This document shows, piece by piece, positions 49,489 through 58,587 of a stretch of 62,097 bases of DNA. The notes under the pieces are model-generated. The model was given only the letters and a program-made list of their open reading frames with translations. It ran no database searches and was not told where the DNA came from. Source of the stretch: a virus (lineage: Duplodnaviria > Caudoviricetes); IMG/VR virus record IMGVR_UViG_3300018041_000006, positions 1-62,097 of that record; one strand, 5' to 3'. The stretch's first letter is position 1. Every line of letters starts with the position of its first letter. The translations under genes and the position numbers were made by a program.

Positions 49489-49879
49489 TATCTATAAATT
49501 TAACAGCATCAAATTTACTAAGAACTCCTTTTTTTGGATAGTCACATCTGTCGATTATAACTAGATCTACAAAATTATTTTCGAATAAATTATCAATAAA
49601 AGATCTAAAATTATCTACAGTATCCTTATCTAAATTCTTAAATAAAAAGGCAACATTTACGCGTGGTTTACCTTCAAATTTAGTTTCAATATTCTTAAAT
49701 AGTTTTTGTATATAAAGAGATATTAAAACATCAGATGGTTCGTTATCATCTGGATCGCTTTTAAGCAGGCGTGTAAATATCTCATTATGAGAAATTACCA
49801 AATCATATGAATTTGATCTGACATGTCTATCAAATTCAGATTTAGTTTTACACCATATGCCTGCTACTTTTAATGTCAT
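49481..49879 (-). CDS. Hypothetical protein
   Basis: 132-aa ORF overlapping its neighbours. Confidence 0.55.
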   Translation of the reverse strand: MTLKVAGIWCKTKSEFDRHVRSNSYDLVISHNEIFTRLLKSDPDDNEPSDVLISLYIQKLFKNIETKFEGKPRVNVAFLFKNLDKDTVDNFRSFIDNLFENNFVDLVIIDRCDYPKKGVLSKFDAVKFIDND

Positions 49880-50202
49880 TTTTTAATAACTCCTTCTAAA
49901 GAATTAATTTCTTTTTGAAGGGTTTCTATTCTTTTTTTAATGTCGTCTTCGTTATGTAGGGATATATCACCCCATTGCTTAATAACGGAAACTCGATACT
50001 TATCAAGTTTAGTACCTGACTCAATTCCTAGATCTAACATAACATCTGTTAAAAAATCAACAATTGAATCTTTTGAAGTTTGATCTCTATCAAAGTCATA
50101 TACTTTTCTAGCGACAAATTCTTCGCCGGCGCCGTTAACGGAGTCGTCATATACAACTTTAACGACTCCGTTATCTGCCGGTTCTATAGTGATAGAAACC
50201 AT
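49876..50202 (-). CDS. Hypothetical protein
   Basis: 108-aa ORF, ITIEPADNG start. Confidence 0.55.
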   Translation of the reverse strand: MVSITIEPADNGVVKVVYDDSVNGAGEEFVARKVYDFDRDQTSKDSIVDFLTDVMLDLGIESGTKLDKYRVSVIKQWGDISLHNEDDIKKRIETLQKEINSLEGVIKK

Positions 50203-50622
50203 TTATCCTCTAGATTTTTTTAATTCACTAGCGTTTCTCATTAAAGATCTAGCTTTTTTCTTATCTTCTCGATATGTTTCTTTATCTTTAACAGTCAAGA
50301 GAGCCCATGCTTCTTCAAGAAGTTTAATTTCTTCAGCATTATAACCAATATTAGACCAGGTTTGCTTTACAGACTCTAGCTTTGCTTCTAGGATTTCTGC
50401 ATTTCTAGATTCTAAAATATCCATGTGCTGTTCGTGTAGCTTTCTTCCATTTTCCATGTTTTGTCTACGCAAATTTGTTCTTACTTCTCCAAGAAATGGA
50501 AGTTTCGAAATAACTTGAAGTACTCCTCTTTGTTTAAGCATGTATCGTCTTTGACGTCTAGTCAAAAGCATTACTTCATTTTGCTGCTCTGTAGCTTCTT
50601 TACTCATTTGTTCTTTACTCAT
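50203..50622 (-). CDS. Hypothetical basic helical protein
   Basis: TRRQRR motif. Confidence 0.55.
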   Translation of the reverse strand: MSKEQMSKEATEQQNEVMLLTRRQRRYMLKQRGVLQVISKLPFLGEVRTNLRRQNMENGRKLHEQHMDILESRNAEILEAKLESVKQTWSNIGYNAEEIKLLEEAWALLTVKDKETYREDKKKARSLMRNASELKKSRG

Positions 50623-51241
50623 TTGTATAATAATTAGAAATAAAAGATTGAATTTGTTCTCTTAATTGTTCTTGTAGGTTATTTATCTGATTTTCTACCA
50701 GCATCCCGATTTGTTCATTAAGATCTTTAGGCTCTAAATCCATCTGATCTTGTAACATTTCATATACTGTTTTAGATGGAATATTGACTTTAACTGGCAT
50801 TTCTGCTTTGTTTTTTCTACTCATCTTCGACAACATTTCCATCATTACGTTAACCTCTTCTTTAACCTCTTCTTTTGGTAAATTTACAGGTTCTGTCGTA
50901 TTAGTTACTGCTGTATTAGTGTTATCTTCAACGGGACCTGTTTTAGGAGAAGTTAATCCTATAGAATTTCCAAAAGAAGATGCATGGTGTTTTGCATCGT
51001 TTTCATCGACGGCTTCAATTAAATATTCATTAACAAGAGAAGAATTAATTCGAGTACCATCTGTAAAATATAGCCATTTTCCACCTGGTTGATCCGGTGA
51101 AACCTTTACAATTTTACCAGCAGATTCACTTTTAGACCATACATAAATTTTTTCTGAAATTTCAGTATCGCTATTCATAATATTTTTTAATTTTGTTAAT
51201 AATTTAATTGTTCTTTCAATTAATTGAGTTATCCTTTTCAT
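50615..51241 (-). CDS. Hypothetical protein (true start may be the downstream Met, MNSD)
   Basis: 208-aa ORF. Confidence 0.55.
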   Translation of the reverse strand: MKRITQLIERTIKLLTKLKNIMNSDTEISEKIYVWSKSESAGKIVKVSPDQPGGKWLYFTDGTRINSSLVNEYLIEAVDENDAKHHASSFGNSIGLTSPKTGPVEDNTNTAVTNTTEPVNLPKEEVKEEVNVMMEMLSKMSRKNKAEMPVKVNIPSKTVYEMLQDQMDLEPKDLNEQIGMLVENQINNLQEQLREQIQSFISNYYTNE

Positions 51242-51413
51242 ACTCTTTAGACATGAACTGTTTTATAAACTCAAAAGATTCAGTAGAACCTATTACAGCA
51301 TCCGATTTAGAATATCTAGATACCCAATGTTTTATAAACTCTTCGTTACCAACTTTTAAAAGATGGTTTTTTAGTTGGTCTATTTCCGGTAATATAATTT
51401 TGTTAAATCCCAT
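51216..51413 (-). CDS. Hypothetical protein
   Basis: Starts immediately after the helicase stop. Confidence 0.55.
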   Translation of the reverse strand: MGFNKIILPEIDQLKNHLLKVGNEEFIKHWVSRYSKSDAVIGSTESFEFIKQFMSKEYEKDNSIN

Positions 51414-53159
51414 TTATTTTATAGTTTTAATACGTTCTAAAAATGATGGTGGAAAAAGCTCCGATTTATTTATCAAAGAAAGAAAGCAAGCATCTAGAAT
51501 ATAAGTAATAGCCCAGTCTTCTTCATTTCTAACACTTCTCCCAACACCTTGCATAATAGTTATGCCAGTTTTCCAATCATACCAATTTGGCATTGTATTC
51601 ATTTTTGCTTTAATTAATGGATCTCCAATATTAGGATATGGTACTTTAAAAAATACTTGAAATCGGCTAATATCGTCTTTTAGGTCTAATCCCTCAAGCA
51701 ATGACGGTCCCATGAAAATTGCATCTTCTTTTTGTTTAAACAGATTCAAAAGATCATTTTTTTCTTTTGAATTTTCATAATCCATTAAACGAAATGCGTG
51801 CTTACTATTTTGTTTAATATACCTTGTAAACTCATAAGATCCTGTATGAATAATACCGCGCTGTCCTTTATGCTTTTCTATTATTTTATCTAATAATTTT
51901 ATTACTTTAGGCAAACTTGTTTCCTTTTCACGGCGGGAAAGCTTATGCTTATTAATAAACACAACTGGTGATTTATCATAATTAAAGGCATTATCAAGTC
52001 TAATAAATTTAGCACCTTTAATCCCCATAACCTTTGCAAATTCTCTAGGCCCTCCAATAGTAGCACTCATAAAAACCTTAAACCCTGCCTGTTCGTGTAA
52101 ATACTTTTGAATCATTATAGATTCTTCAGTACACATAAATTTTACTTCTTCGCTATCTTGATTCCACACCATAGATTCAACACCAACTTCAGAAATTAGT
52201 TTAGTATAATCGTCAATTTTACAATGAATATCTTTAATCCTATCAAATCTCCCGAACGCTGTTTTCCAGGTAGGTGTTAATTGCTTTTCAGTAGTTTGAC
52301 CAAAAATACGCTTAGTCATTTGTTCAGCAGGAGCCTTAACTGCGTTAAATTGAACTAATATTTTTTGTAGTTCTTTTAGTTTAGAAAACAAAACATTTCT
52401 ATCTTGAACCCGGATTAAATCACCAATTAAATCATTAACATATGCCTTGCTAATATTTGGAGAAGGAAGGCCCTGCTTAATTAAAAACTTAGATTGGTTA
52501 TTTAAAAGGTCGGGAAGGAAATTATCTATACGAGGAGAAAAATGATTCTGTACAATATCATCTATTTTATGGGCCTCATCAAAGAACGTAAAATCTCTCT
52601 TCTTAAATGGAATCGGCCGCTCAGCTTCTTCCATTTTAGGAGCTACATAATTTCTCTGTAGTAGCCAAAATGCATAGTTTAATATTGTAACTGGGGAATC
52701 AATTGCTCTAAGCCTAAGTTGAATATAATCACAAGTCTTAGAACAGTCTAATTTTGCAAGTGCCTGATCGTATCCCATATTTTTCATACGGCATTCGCCT
52801 AATGAAAATTTAAGACCATTTACATGACAATCGTAATTATCAATACCTTTGATTGAAGGCCATCTTAGTTTTAATCTATAAATATCAGATTCATATTGAT
52901 CTTGTAGAGAAAGATCAGATGTAATTAGGTATCCTCGCTTTCCCATCTCTTTTAAGATCCAAGAACACCACATAGCGATAATGGATTTACCAGTACCTGT
53001 AGGTGCATCAATCACCACAGTTTGATTCGAATCCTCGATGTATGATTCAATAATGGCTTCTATTGTTTCCCTCTGACCCCTTCTAAATGTAAACCCAGTG
53101 CCAAATACTTCTTTCTCTAGACCTTCGTCAATAATTTCTTTTAGTGGCCGTTCCAACAT
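51414..53159 (-). CDS. DinG/XPD-family helicase with Fe-S cysteines
   Basis: RRGQ, APTGTGKS, KGIDNYDC..C..C..C, DEAH, MSAT, EGLDL, KVPYP, QGVGRSVR. Confidence 0.9.
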   Translation of the reverse strand: MLERPLKEIIDEGLEKEVFGTGFTFRRGQRETIEAIIESYIEDSNQTVVIDAPTGTGKSIIAMWCSWILKEMGKRGYLITSDLSLQDQYESDIYRLKLRWPSIKGIDNYDCHVNGLKFSLGECRMKNMGYDQALAKLDCSKTCDYIQLRLRAIDSPVTILNYAFWLLQRNYVAPKMEEAERPIPFKKRDFTFFDEAHKIDDIVQNHFSPRIDNFLPDLLNNQSKFLIKQGLPSPNISKAYVNDLIGDLIRVQDRNVLFSKLKELQKILVQFNAVKAPAEQMTKRIFGQTTEKQLTPTWKTAFGRFDRIKDIHCKIDDYTKLISEVGVESMVWNQDSEEVKFMCTEESIMIQKYLHEQAGFKVFMSATIGGPREFAKVMGIKGAKFIRLDNAFNYDKSPVVFINKHKLSRREKETSLPKVIKLLDKIIEKHKGQRGIIHTGSYEFTRYIKQNSKHAFRLMDYENSKEKNDLLNLFKQKEDAIFMGPSLLEGLDLKDDISRFQVFFKVPYPNIGDPLIKAKMNTMPNWYDWKTGITIMQGVGRSVRNEEDWAITYILDACFLSLINKSELFPPSFLERIKTIK

Positions 53160-53647
53160 ATCACTTGCTCTACTTTAATATTAGCTTTTTGTAAAAGTTC
53201 AACACCACTCATGTCTCGGTAATCTTCAGAGTAGTACACTCGATTAATACCTGCCTGAATGATCAGTTTAGCACAGTCAAAGCAAGGTGCAGTTGTTGTA
53301 TATAAATCAGCGCCATCGGATGTCATAGTAGACTTAGCTAATTTAGTAATAGCATTCGACTCGGCATGTAAAACTTCTTGTTTTGTAACTCTTTTTGAAC
53401 AGCATCCATTATCACACTCATATCCTTTATCCATCAATGTAATTGCATGGTCAGGATTATCATAGTACCTGATTTGATCCTCTTCGCATGTGTTATCAAA
53501 TCCTCTTGGAGTTCCATTATAACCAAATGAAACTAGCTGTTCGTCCTTAACAATAACGCAGCCTACCTTTCTGCGATTAGCATAAGATAGTTTCGCAAAT
53601 TGATATGCGGTTTGCATGTAAATTTTTTCAATAGGTATTCTAGGCAT
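53141..53647 (-). CDS. dCMP deaminase
   Basis: KVGCVIV, GYNGTP, HAESNA, PCFDC. Confidence 0.93.
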   Translation of the reverse strand: MPRIPIEKIYMQTAYQFAKLSYANRRKVGCVIVKDEQLVSFGYNGTPRGFDNTCEEDQIRYYDNPDHAITLMDKGYECDNGCCSKRVTKQEVLHAESNAITKLAKSTMTSDGADLYTTTAPCFDCAKLIIQAGINRVYYSEDYRDMSGVELLQKANIKVEQVICWNGH

Positions 53648-53651
53648 GCTT

Positions 53652-53691
53652 CAAAAAATAAGGTCTGCAAATATTATATGCAGACCTTATT
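53652..53691 (-). terminator. Intrinsic terminator hairpin with a -10 box in its loop
   Basis: 13-bp stem aataaggtctgca/tgcagaccttatt, followed by a U-tract on the - strand. Confidence 0.7.
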
Positions 53692-53714
53692 AAAAGTTTA
53701 TATTAAGTAATTAA

Positions 53715-54257
53715 TTACTCTTCTCCTACTGTATCTTCTGGACTTCTTCCAGCTGCCCATGCTTCTTTAGCCTCATCAATCTTCTTGCAGTAAGCCTCTT
53801 TAAGACTTTCACAAGCAGCTTCAAATGCTTCTAGAGTCATTTCTTCTCCTTTGACTTCAGAATGAGCATCTTCATTAGCCTTAGTAGCTAGAGCAGCAAC
53901 TAGAGCTGCATTTTCTTTCATGTATGATTCTAAAGTGTGATCTTCATAGTCGTCATTGTGGTATCCAACTGCTTCGGTTTTACAGCTTTCTCCATAAATT
54001 TCAGAAAGCATTTCTGAAACAGTTTTAGTTTCTTCAACTTCTTCAGTTTCTTCAACTTCTTCGTCAGATTCTTCAACTTCTTCAGTTTCTTCAGTTTCTT
54101 CGTCAGATTCTTCAGCTACTTCAATGTCTTCAGGAGTTTCTTCAACTTCATCCTCAAGATCTTCAACCTCGCCTCTATCTACGATGTCTTGTTCGATTTC
54201 TTCAGAACGGTCCGCTTCTTGGACGTATTGTTCAAATGATAAGATTTTCTTTGCCAT
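53715..54257 (-). CDS. Highly acidic protein with capsid-targeting-like leader (prohead core/internal protein candidate)
   Basis: MAKKILSFEQYVQE; EE[TSV] repeats. Confidence 0.65.
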   Translation of the reverse strand: MAKKILSFEQYVQEADRSEEIEQDIVDRGEVEDLEDEVEETPEDIEVAEESDEETEETEEVEESDEEVEETEEVEETKTVSEMLSEIYGESCKTEAVGYHNDDYEDHTLESYMKENAALVAALATKANEDAHSEVKGEEMTLEAFEAACESLKEAYCKKIDEAKEAWAAGRSPEDTVGEE

Positions 54258-54298
54258 TTTATTTAGTTTTGTTTTTTTCTTACGTATTATATATCTAC

Positions 54299-54604
54299 TT
54301 AATCTAATAATATTTTTAGTGTTAGTTCCGTAGTTCCTTTTATAATTCTATGGATAACTCCTTCAGGAATAAAAATACTGCAGTTTTTTTCTAGTTTAAC
54401 TGGAAACTCGTTATCAAATTGAAACTTCCAATCACTTTCATTAAGAGCTATTACAGTCCTATCTTCATTATCCCAATGCCATTTATATAAATGCTCTGGA
54501 TAGCTAGGATCAAAATGTCTAATAATATAACCATCGTAACGCTCTTCGGTGAAAGGTTTGCGTTGGTCATTTATCATATCAATCATTTCTTCATATGTTA
54601 CCAT
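54299..54604 (-). CDS. Cupin-fold small protein
   Basis: WHWD...IFIPEGVIHRIIKG; start 54604 is coupled to the upstream stop. Confidence 0.65.
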   Translation of the reverse strand: MVTYEEMIDMINDQRKPFTEERYDGYIIRHFDPSYPEHLYKWHWDNEDRTVIALNESDWKFQFDNEFPVKLEKNCSIFIPEGVIHRIIKGTTELTLKILLD

Positions 54605-55137
54605 GGTTGATCTGATTTTAAACCTAGTTGTTTTCCAAATAGAGTTGGACCATAACATGCCCAAAATCCTGTTTTAGAAGGATCCATTTTCTTTTGTAGA
54701 TCGCATTGATGGCGGGCCCAAAAGCTTGCTGCCCTACCAGGATCATCGTTCTTAATTGTTAAGTTAGGATCTCCCCATTCAATTTTAGTCGCAAGTATAT
54801 TACCCTCTTTATCAGTCCTACCGCTGTTATGGTATACTATAAATTTTTTACTACCTCCTTTTTCAGGGGAATCAAGTTTTACTTTAATTGTATTTCCTCC
54901 TCTAGGTTTATAGATAGCAGGCTTTCCAACCTCTAAGTTTTTTGCCATCCAGCCTGAAGGACCTTTAAGAATTACATTACCCTTATCCCAATATTCTTTA
55001 ACTTCTTCAAAAAGCTCGGCATACTTTTCACTACCAAGTCTAAAAAATGAATTAGTTAAATCTAAACCTTCATCAATATGCGCTTTTAGTTCTGGTGAAA
55101 CGTTTTCCCAATCTTCAAATGTCTTTATAAACTTCAT
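54598..55137 (-). CDS. Protein with leader and a viral SFxARHxC...FWAC domain
   Basis: MKFIKTFEDW; KKFIVY..WGDP..SFWARHQCD..GFWAC. Confidence 0.65.
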   Translation of the reverse strand: MKFIKTFEDWENVSPELKAHIDEGLDLTNSFFRLGSEKYAELFEEVKEYWDKGNVILKGPSGWMAKNLEVGKPAIYKPRGGNTIKVKLDSPEKGGSKKFIVYHNSGRTDKEGNILATKIEWGDPNLTIKNDDPGRAASFWARHQCDLQKKMDPSKTGFWACYGPTLFGKQLGLKSDQPW

Positions 55138-55140
55138 ATC

Positions 55141-55428
55141 TTACTTTTCTAAAAGGTCTTTTCGATCTAGTTGTTTATAAACCTCTTTACGTGTTTTTTC
55201 CATCTTTTCAGCATATTCTGGATCTTCGTTCCTGTTAAATACAACCTGTTGTGTTAATGAACCACTGATTGCTTTTAAATCTTTTTTACGGGTTTTAATT
55301 AACCATGCTGCCAAATCTTTAGGTGAAAGGTCTCTAAATCTTCCTTCAGCATCTGGAAAATCTGAATCTTGCCATTTTGGAGAATTTTCAGACACGAATT
55401 GTTCAAAGTATCCAATAAATTTCATCAT
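55141..55428 (-). CDS. Small protein with capsid-targeting-like leader
   Basis: MMKFIGYFEQFVSE; ATGA overlap. Confidence 0.7.
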   Translation of the reverse strand: MMKFIGYFEQFVSENSPKWQDSDFPDAEGRFRDLSPKDLAAWLIKTRKKDLKAISGSLTQQVVFNRNEDPEYAEKMEKTRKEVYKQLDRKDLLEK

Positions 55429-56369
55429 GACGGTCTGTTTTTATCTTTAGCATAAGGCTGAGAATTATCTTGTATCCATCTCTTGCCTAGCGGATTTTGA
55501 ACGGGTGTTCTTAAATGTCTATTGATTTGTTTTTCAATTTCATTAAAAAGATCTTGATTGTCATATGATGAGTTATCAACAATTAGCAACCTATCTGCAC
55601 CAAAAAGTTTTTGAAATTTACCTAAGTTATATTGAACATCATTCCACATTTTTTCAACAATGGCATCAGGTAGTTTGCGTGCTCTATTTCTATTTCTTTC
55701 AAGAGCAACTTCAAGCGATGTATTTACGAATATCATGTACGTATCGTATCCTAAGTCTTGATACAATTTTCTTTTAGACTCAATTTTTTCAAAATCTTTA
55801 CCAGTACCGTCAATAACTTGGCCTAATCTACCACTTATGTAATTAGATTGCATCTTTCTAGTAACCTCCTTAGCTTTATTCCTAACCTTCATGACCTCTG
55901 CCCATACTTCAGTATCTTTAGCGTATTGCGCTAGTTTACCAGCATCATATCCAGCATCTTTAAGTTTCTTTTCAAAAGCATTGTCGTTATTAACTAATTT
56001 TAAACCAGTTGCATAAGAAACTGAAGAGAGTGCTTTTTTAGGAAAATCAAATAATTCTGTAGCAACGTAAGATTTTCCAGAGCCAGGGCCTCCTGCCATA
56101 AAAAAAGCTTTAAGTATTCCTGGATCATTTACGCCTTCATTAATTTCAGACTCTGATATAGCTCCTTTCTGATTAAACATAGATCTATTTACAGTTATGA
56201 CCCCAGAATCATCTTGTAGTTTTATAACATATTCATCTACATCAACTACTGTGTATTCTTGACCATAGTATAGTACTTTAGTATCAAGCTTAATCGCTTT
56301 AAAATCGTCCTTGCTTATTTTTTCTCCGTATTTCTTTACAAAGTCTTCAAATAGCTTAATATATTTCAT
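55425..56369 (-). CDS. P-loop kinase (zeta-toxin/AAA_33/PNK-like) with leader and an SH3-like N-terminal module
   Basis: AGGPGSGKS, VIDGTG, MIFVNTSLEVALERNRNR; leader MKYIKLFEDF; linker ISESEINE|G. Confidence 0.8.
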   Translation of the reverse strand: MKYIKLFEDFVKKYGEKISKDDFKAIKLDTKVLYYGQEYTVVDVDEYVIKLQDDSGVITVNRSMFNQKGAISESEINEGVNDPGILKAFFMAGGPGSGKSYVATELFDFPKKALSSVSYATGLKLVNNDNAFEKKLKDAGYDAGKLAQYAKDTEVWAEVMKVRNKAKEVTRKMQSNYISGRLGQVIDGTGKDFEKIESKRKLYQDLGYDTYMIFVNTSLEVALERNRNRARKLPDAIVEKMWNDVQYNLGKFQKLFGADRLLIVDNSSYDNQDLFNEIEKQINRHLRTPVQNPLGKRWIQDNSQPYAKDKNRPS

Positions 56370-56388
56370 AGTTAAATATCTTTATTGT

Positions 56389-56700
56389 TTAATTAAAAAA
56401 GTGTCGATCCCAGTCTCTAAGTAGATTCTTAGCCCTTCCTCCATTGAAAACCTTGTTAAGAAGATACTGTACCTCTTTTCTTAATAATTTAGCTTGATCT
56501 TCAGTTGACCATTCTGCTTTAATTCTTGTCTCACGATCCGGATCTAGAATTACCTTAATTCCAGCCTTCTCAAGCTCTTCTCTTCTTTCGTCAGTAAAAT
56601 GCTTTTCAATAGAACCATAATAATCGGGTAAATATGCCGACCCGCTCGGTTTATGTTTCTTTTCGTTGACGAATTTTTCGAACAGTTTTATGTGTTTCAT
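56389..56700 (-). CDS. Small protein with capsid-targeting-like leader
   Basis: MKHIKLFEKFVNE. Confidence 0.7.
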   Translation of the reverse strand: MKHIKLFEKFVNEKKHKPSGSAYLPDYYGSIEKHFTDERREELEKAGIKVILDPDRETRIKAEWSTEDQAKLLRKEVQYLLNKVFNGGRAKNLLRDWDRHFFN

Positions 56701-57341
56701 TATGCTCTTTTAATATTTTCTGCCGGAATTGTTTCATATGAAACTGCTGATCTGGCTTCTTTTGGCATCAAAGGATCTTCCCATAAATTTAAACCCTTCG
56801 TGTCAATCTCTAAAACAACAGGATCCTGTATATCAAATAAATCTTGAACCATCTTAACTCCTTTTTTAGATCCTACAACAAATGCAGCGTTGTATGTTTG
56901 TTCAGTGTTTGAGTCTCCGACCGAAGAACCAAATTGATCTGAATGAGCAGATGCATTTCTAGGCTCTAGTCCATTAGTTAAAATAGATTCAACATTTGCC
57001 GATGCTGCAACATGATACGCCTTTCTTAATTTAGAAGGATATACTGTAAATATAAAACTAATGCCGTTCCCCATATAATACCCTACGCTCGTCTTCACTG
57101 CCATCATATCTCCATCTTTAGCAATCTTTTTAATTGAATTGATTGCCTTTTGCATCTTTGGAGGTATAACCTTAGTTTGATTAGGTAAATCTATACTTAA
57201 CGTAGTACCTGATCCGCTAACTTCATAGCCTTCTCCTTCTAAAAACTTTCTAACTTTTTCTTGTGTTGAAATAGGATCTGCAGCCTCGCTTACATTCTGC
57301 ATCGAATCCCATTCTTCAAATAATTTTACATGTTTATTCAT
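56700..57341 (-). CDS. Protein with leader and C-terminal ADP-ribosyltransferase (Tpt1/KptA NAD-lobe-like) domain
   Basis: AYHVA..NVESILTNGLEPR...PVVLEIDT...ETIPAENI. Confidence 0.6.
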   Translation of the reverse strand: MNKHVKLFEEWDSMQNVSEAADPISTQEKVRKFLEGEGYEVSGSGTTLSIDLPNQTKVIPPKMQKAINSIKKIAKDGDMMAVKTSVGYYMGNGISFIFTVYPSKLRKAYHVAASANVESILTNGLEPRNASAHSDQFGSSVGDSNTEQTYNAAFVVGSKKGVKMVQDLFDIQDPVVLEIDTKGLNLWEDPLMPKEARSAVSYETIPAENIKRA

Positions 57342-57345
57342 GATA

Positions 57346-57353
57346 TATTTATA
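57346..57353 (-). promoter_or_regulatory. Exact T4 late promoter sequence TATAAATA
   Basis: agaTATAAATAtatcATG upstream of 56700..57341. Confidence 0.45.
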
Positions 57354-57356
57354 TCT

Positions 57357-58061
57357 TTAAAATTTAGGTATACCTCCTATTTTTGTCGCCCTTCTTCTCC
57401 AAACGTCCATTACTTCCTTTCTTGTTTTAGGAGTTAAATATTTTTGGGTGTCTAAATAATTGTTAACAGCGTCGATCATTTCGATTTTTCTCTTTTTTGC
57501 CTCATATCTAAGACCTTGTAGATTTGCGTCTACTTCTTTTGGTAAGATTAAGTAGTGATATTTTGGTAAAAAATCTAGTTCAATTAACTTTCTTAATTCT
57601 GTATCATCTTCCTGTGGCTTTCCCTTTCGGTAATTACCAACACTAACGCCATCTTGGGTTATATGTTCTATTTCATGTCTCATAACATCTGCAAGATGCA
57701 TGTATGTATTTGACCATTCTCCTGGAAGCCATTTTGGGTTAATTGCAAAATCAATTATAATATAAGGAGTCTGATCTTCCCACTCATCTTCTTTTTCATC
57801 ATAGACTTCGTCTCTACCATCAGCACCAGTACTATTAAGTATTTCAAATCCATTTCCTTTAAAGTATATACTTGCTTCTAAGTCAAATTCTATTCCCCTG
57901 TCAGTATCCTCAATCTGATCGATATATGTTGATTCTTTTTTACCAGAATTAAAATCGTTAACCCATTTTGTAAATACTTTTCGCACTAAGGATCCTGAAA
58001 GAGTATCCCAACTCTTTCTACCCTCATTTAAAAAAAGGTCTATTGATTTAATGTGCTTCAT
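57357..58061 (-). CDS. HEXXH zinc-metallopeptidase-like protein with leader
   Basis: RHEIEHITQ, downstream KEVDA; MKHIKSIDLFLNE. Confidence 0.7.
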   Translation of the reverse strand: MKHIKSIDLFLNEGRKSWDTLSGSLVRKVFTKWVNDFNSGKKESTYIDQIEDTDRGIEFDLEASIYFKGNGFEILNSTGADGRDEVYDEKEDEWEDQTPYIIIDFAINPKWLPGEWSNTYMHLADVMRHEIEHITQDGVSVGNYRKGKPQEDDTELRKLIELDFLPKYHYLILPKEVDANLQGLRYEAKKRKIEMIDAVNNYLDTQKYLTPKTRKEVMDVWRRRATKIGGIPKF

Positions 58062-58075
58062 ATTCTATATATTAT

Positions 58076-58105
58076 AAAAAAAAGGGGATCGTTTCCGATC
58101 CCCTT
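58076..58105 (-). terminator. Intrinsic terminator with GAAA tetraloop
   Basis: aaggggatcg-gaaa-cgatcccc-T8 on the - strand. Confidence 0.9.
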
Positions 58106-58127
58106 CAACCTAAAAATAAAGTAACTT

Positions 58128-58367
58128 TTAGCTATTTATGCTTTCATTACTTTTTTCATCAACTTTCTCAGTGAAAGTTTTATTTAGAGATTCTAGACAG
58201 CCTTCAGCATCTGCAATTTGCTGAATCAATTTATCCATCTCTTCAATAATCTGAGGGTGTTCTCCAATACCCACAGAATTTGAGATGTAAACCTCTAGTG
58301 CTGCTATCGCCTCTAATCGTCTAGCGCTATATCTTGCCTTTAACGCCTCTACCTTAAGATTTGCCAT
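58128..58367 (-). CDS. Small helical phage protein (VGIGEH motif)
   Basis: NSVGIGEHPQI. Confidence 0.65.
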   Translation of the reverse strand: MANLKVEALKARYSARRLEAIAALEVYISNSVGIGEHPQIIEEMDKLIQQIADAEGCLESLNKTFTEKVDEKSNESINS

Positions 58368-58568
58368 TTAATTATTTCTTTCTTTTAGTTGATTAATAAT
58401 TTCTTGAAGTCCTCCAAAAGTGATTGCAGCTCCGGCAAACATCCAAAACTCTGGGGTTGTAATTTTAAAAAATGCAACAATCCAAAAAATTAAAGATTGG
58501 AATCCTAGTTGATTGTTACCAAGAGTCTTAAAAGCTCCTGTAAAAAAGTTACCTATTTTCTGTAGCAT
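58368..58568 (-). CDS. Small membrane protein
   Basis: Start MLQK at 58568; two hydrophobic segments. Confidence 0.55.
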   Translation of the reverse strand: MLQKIGNFFTGAFKTLGNNQLGFQSLIFWIVAFFKITTPEFWMFAGAAITFGGLQEIINQLKERNN

Positions 58569-58587
58569 ATTACTTATAATTTGTATC

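Noticed and set aside
54030-54120. Short DNA repeats as a CRISPR array or origin iterons
   Set aside because: In-frame codon repeats encoding the Glu-rich tract
56700-57341. Bona fide tRNA 2'-phosphotransferase Tpt1
   Set aside because: Only the NAD-lobe pattern is visible; the RNA-lobe Arg-His-Arg-Arg residues are not evident
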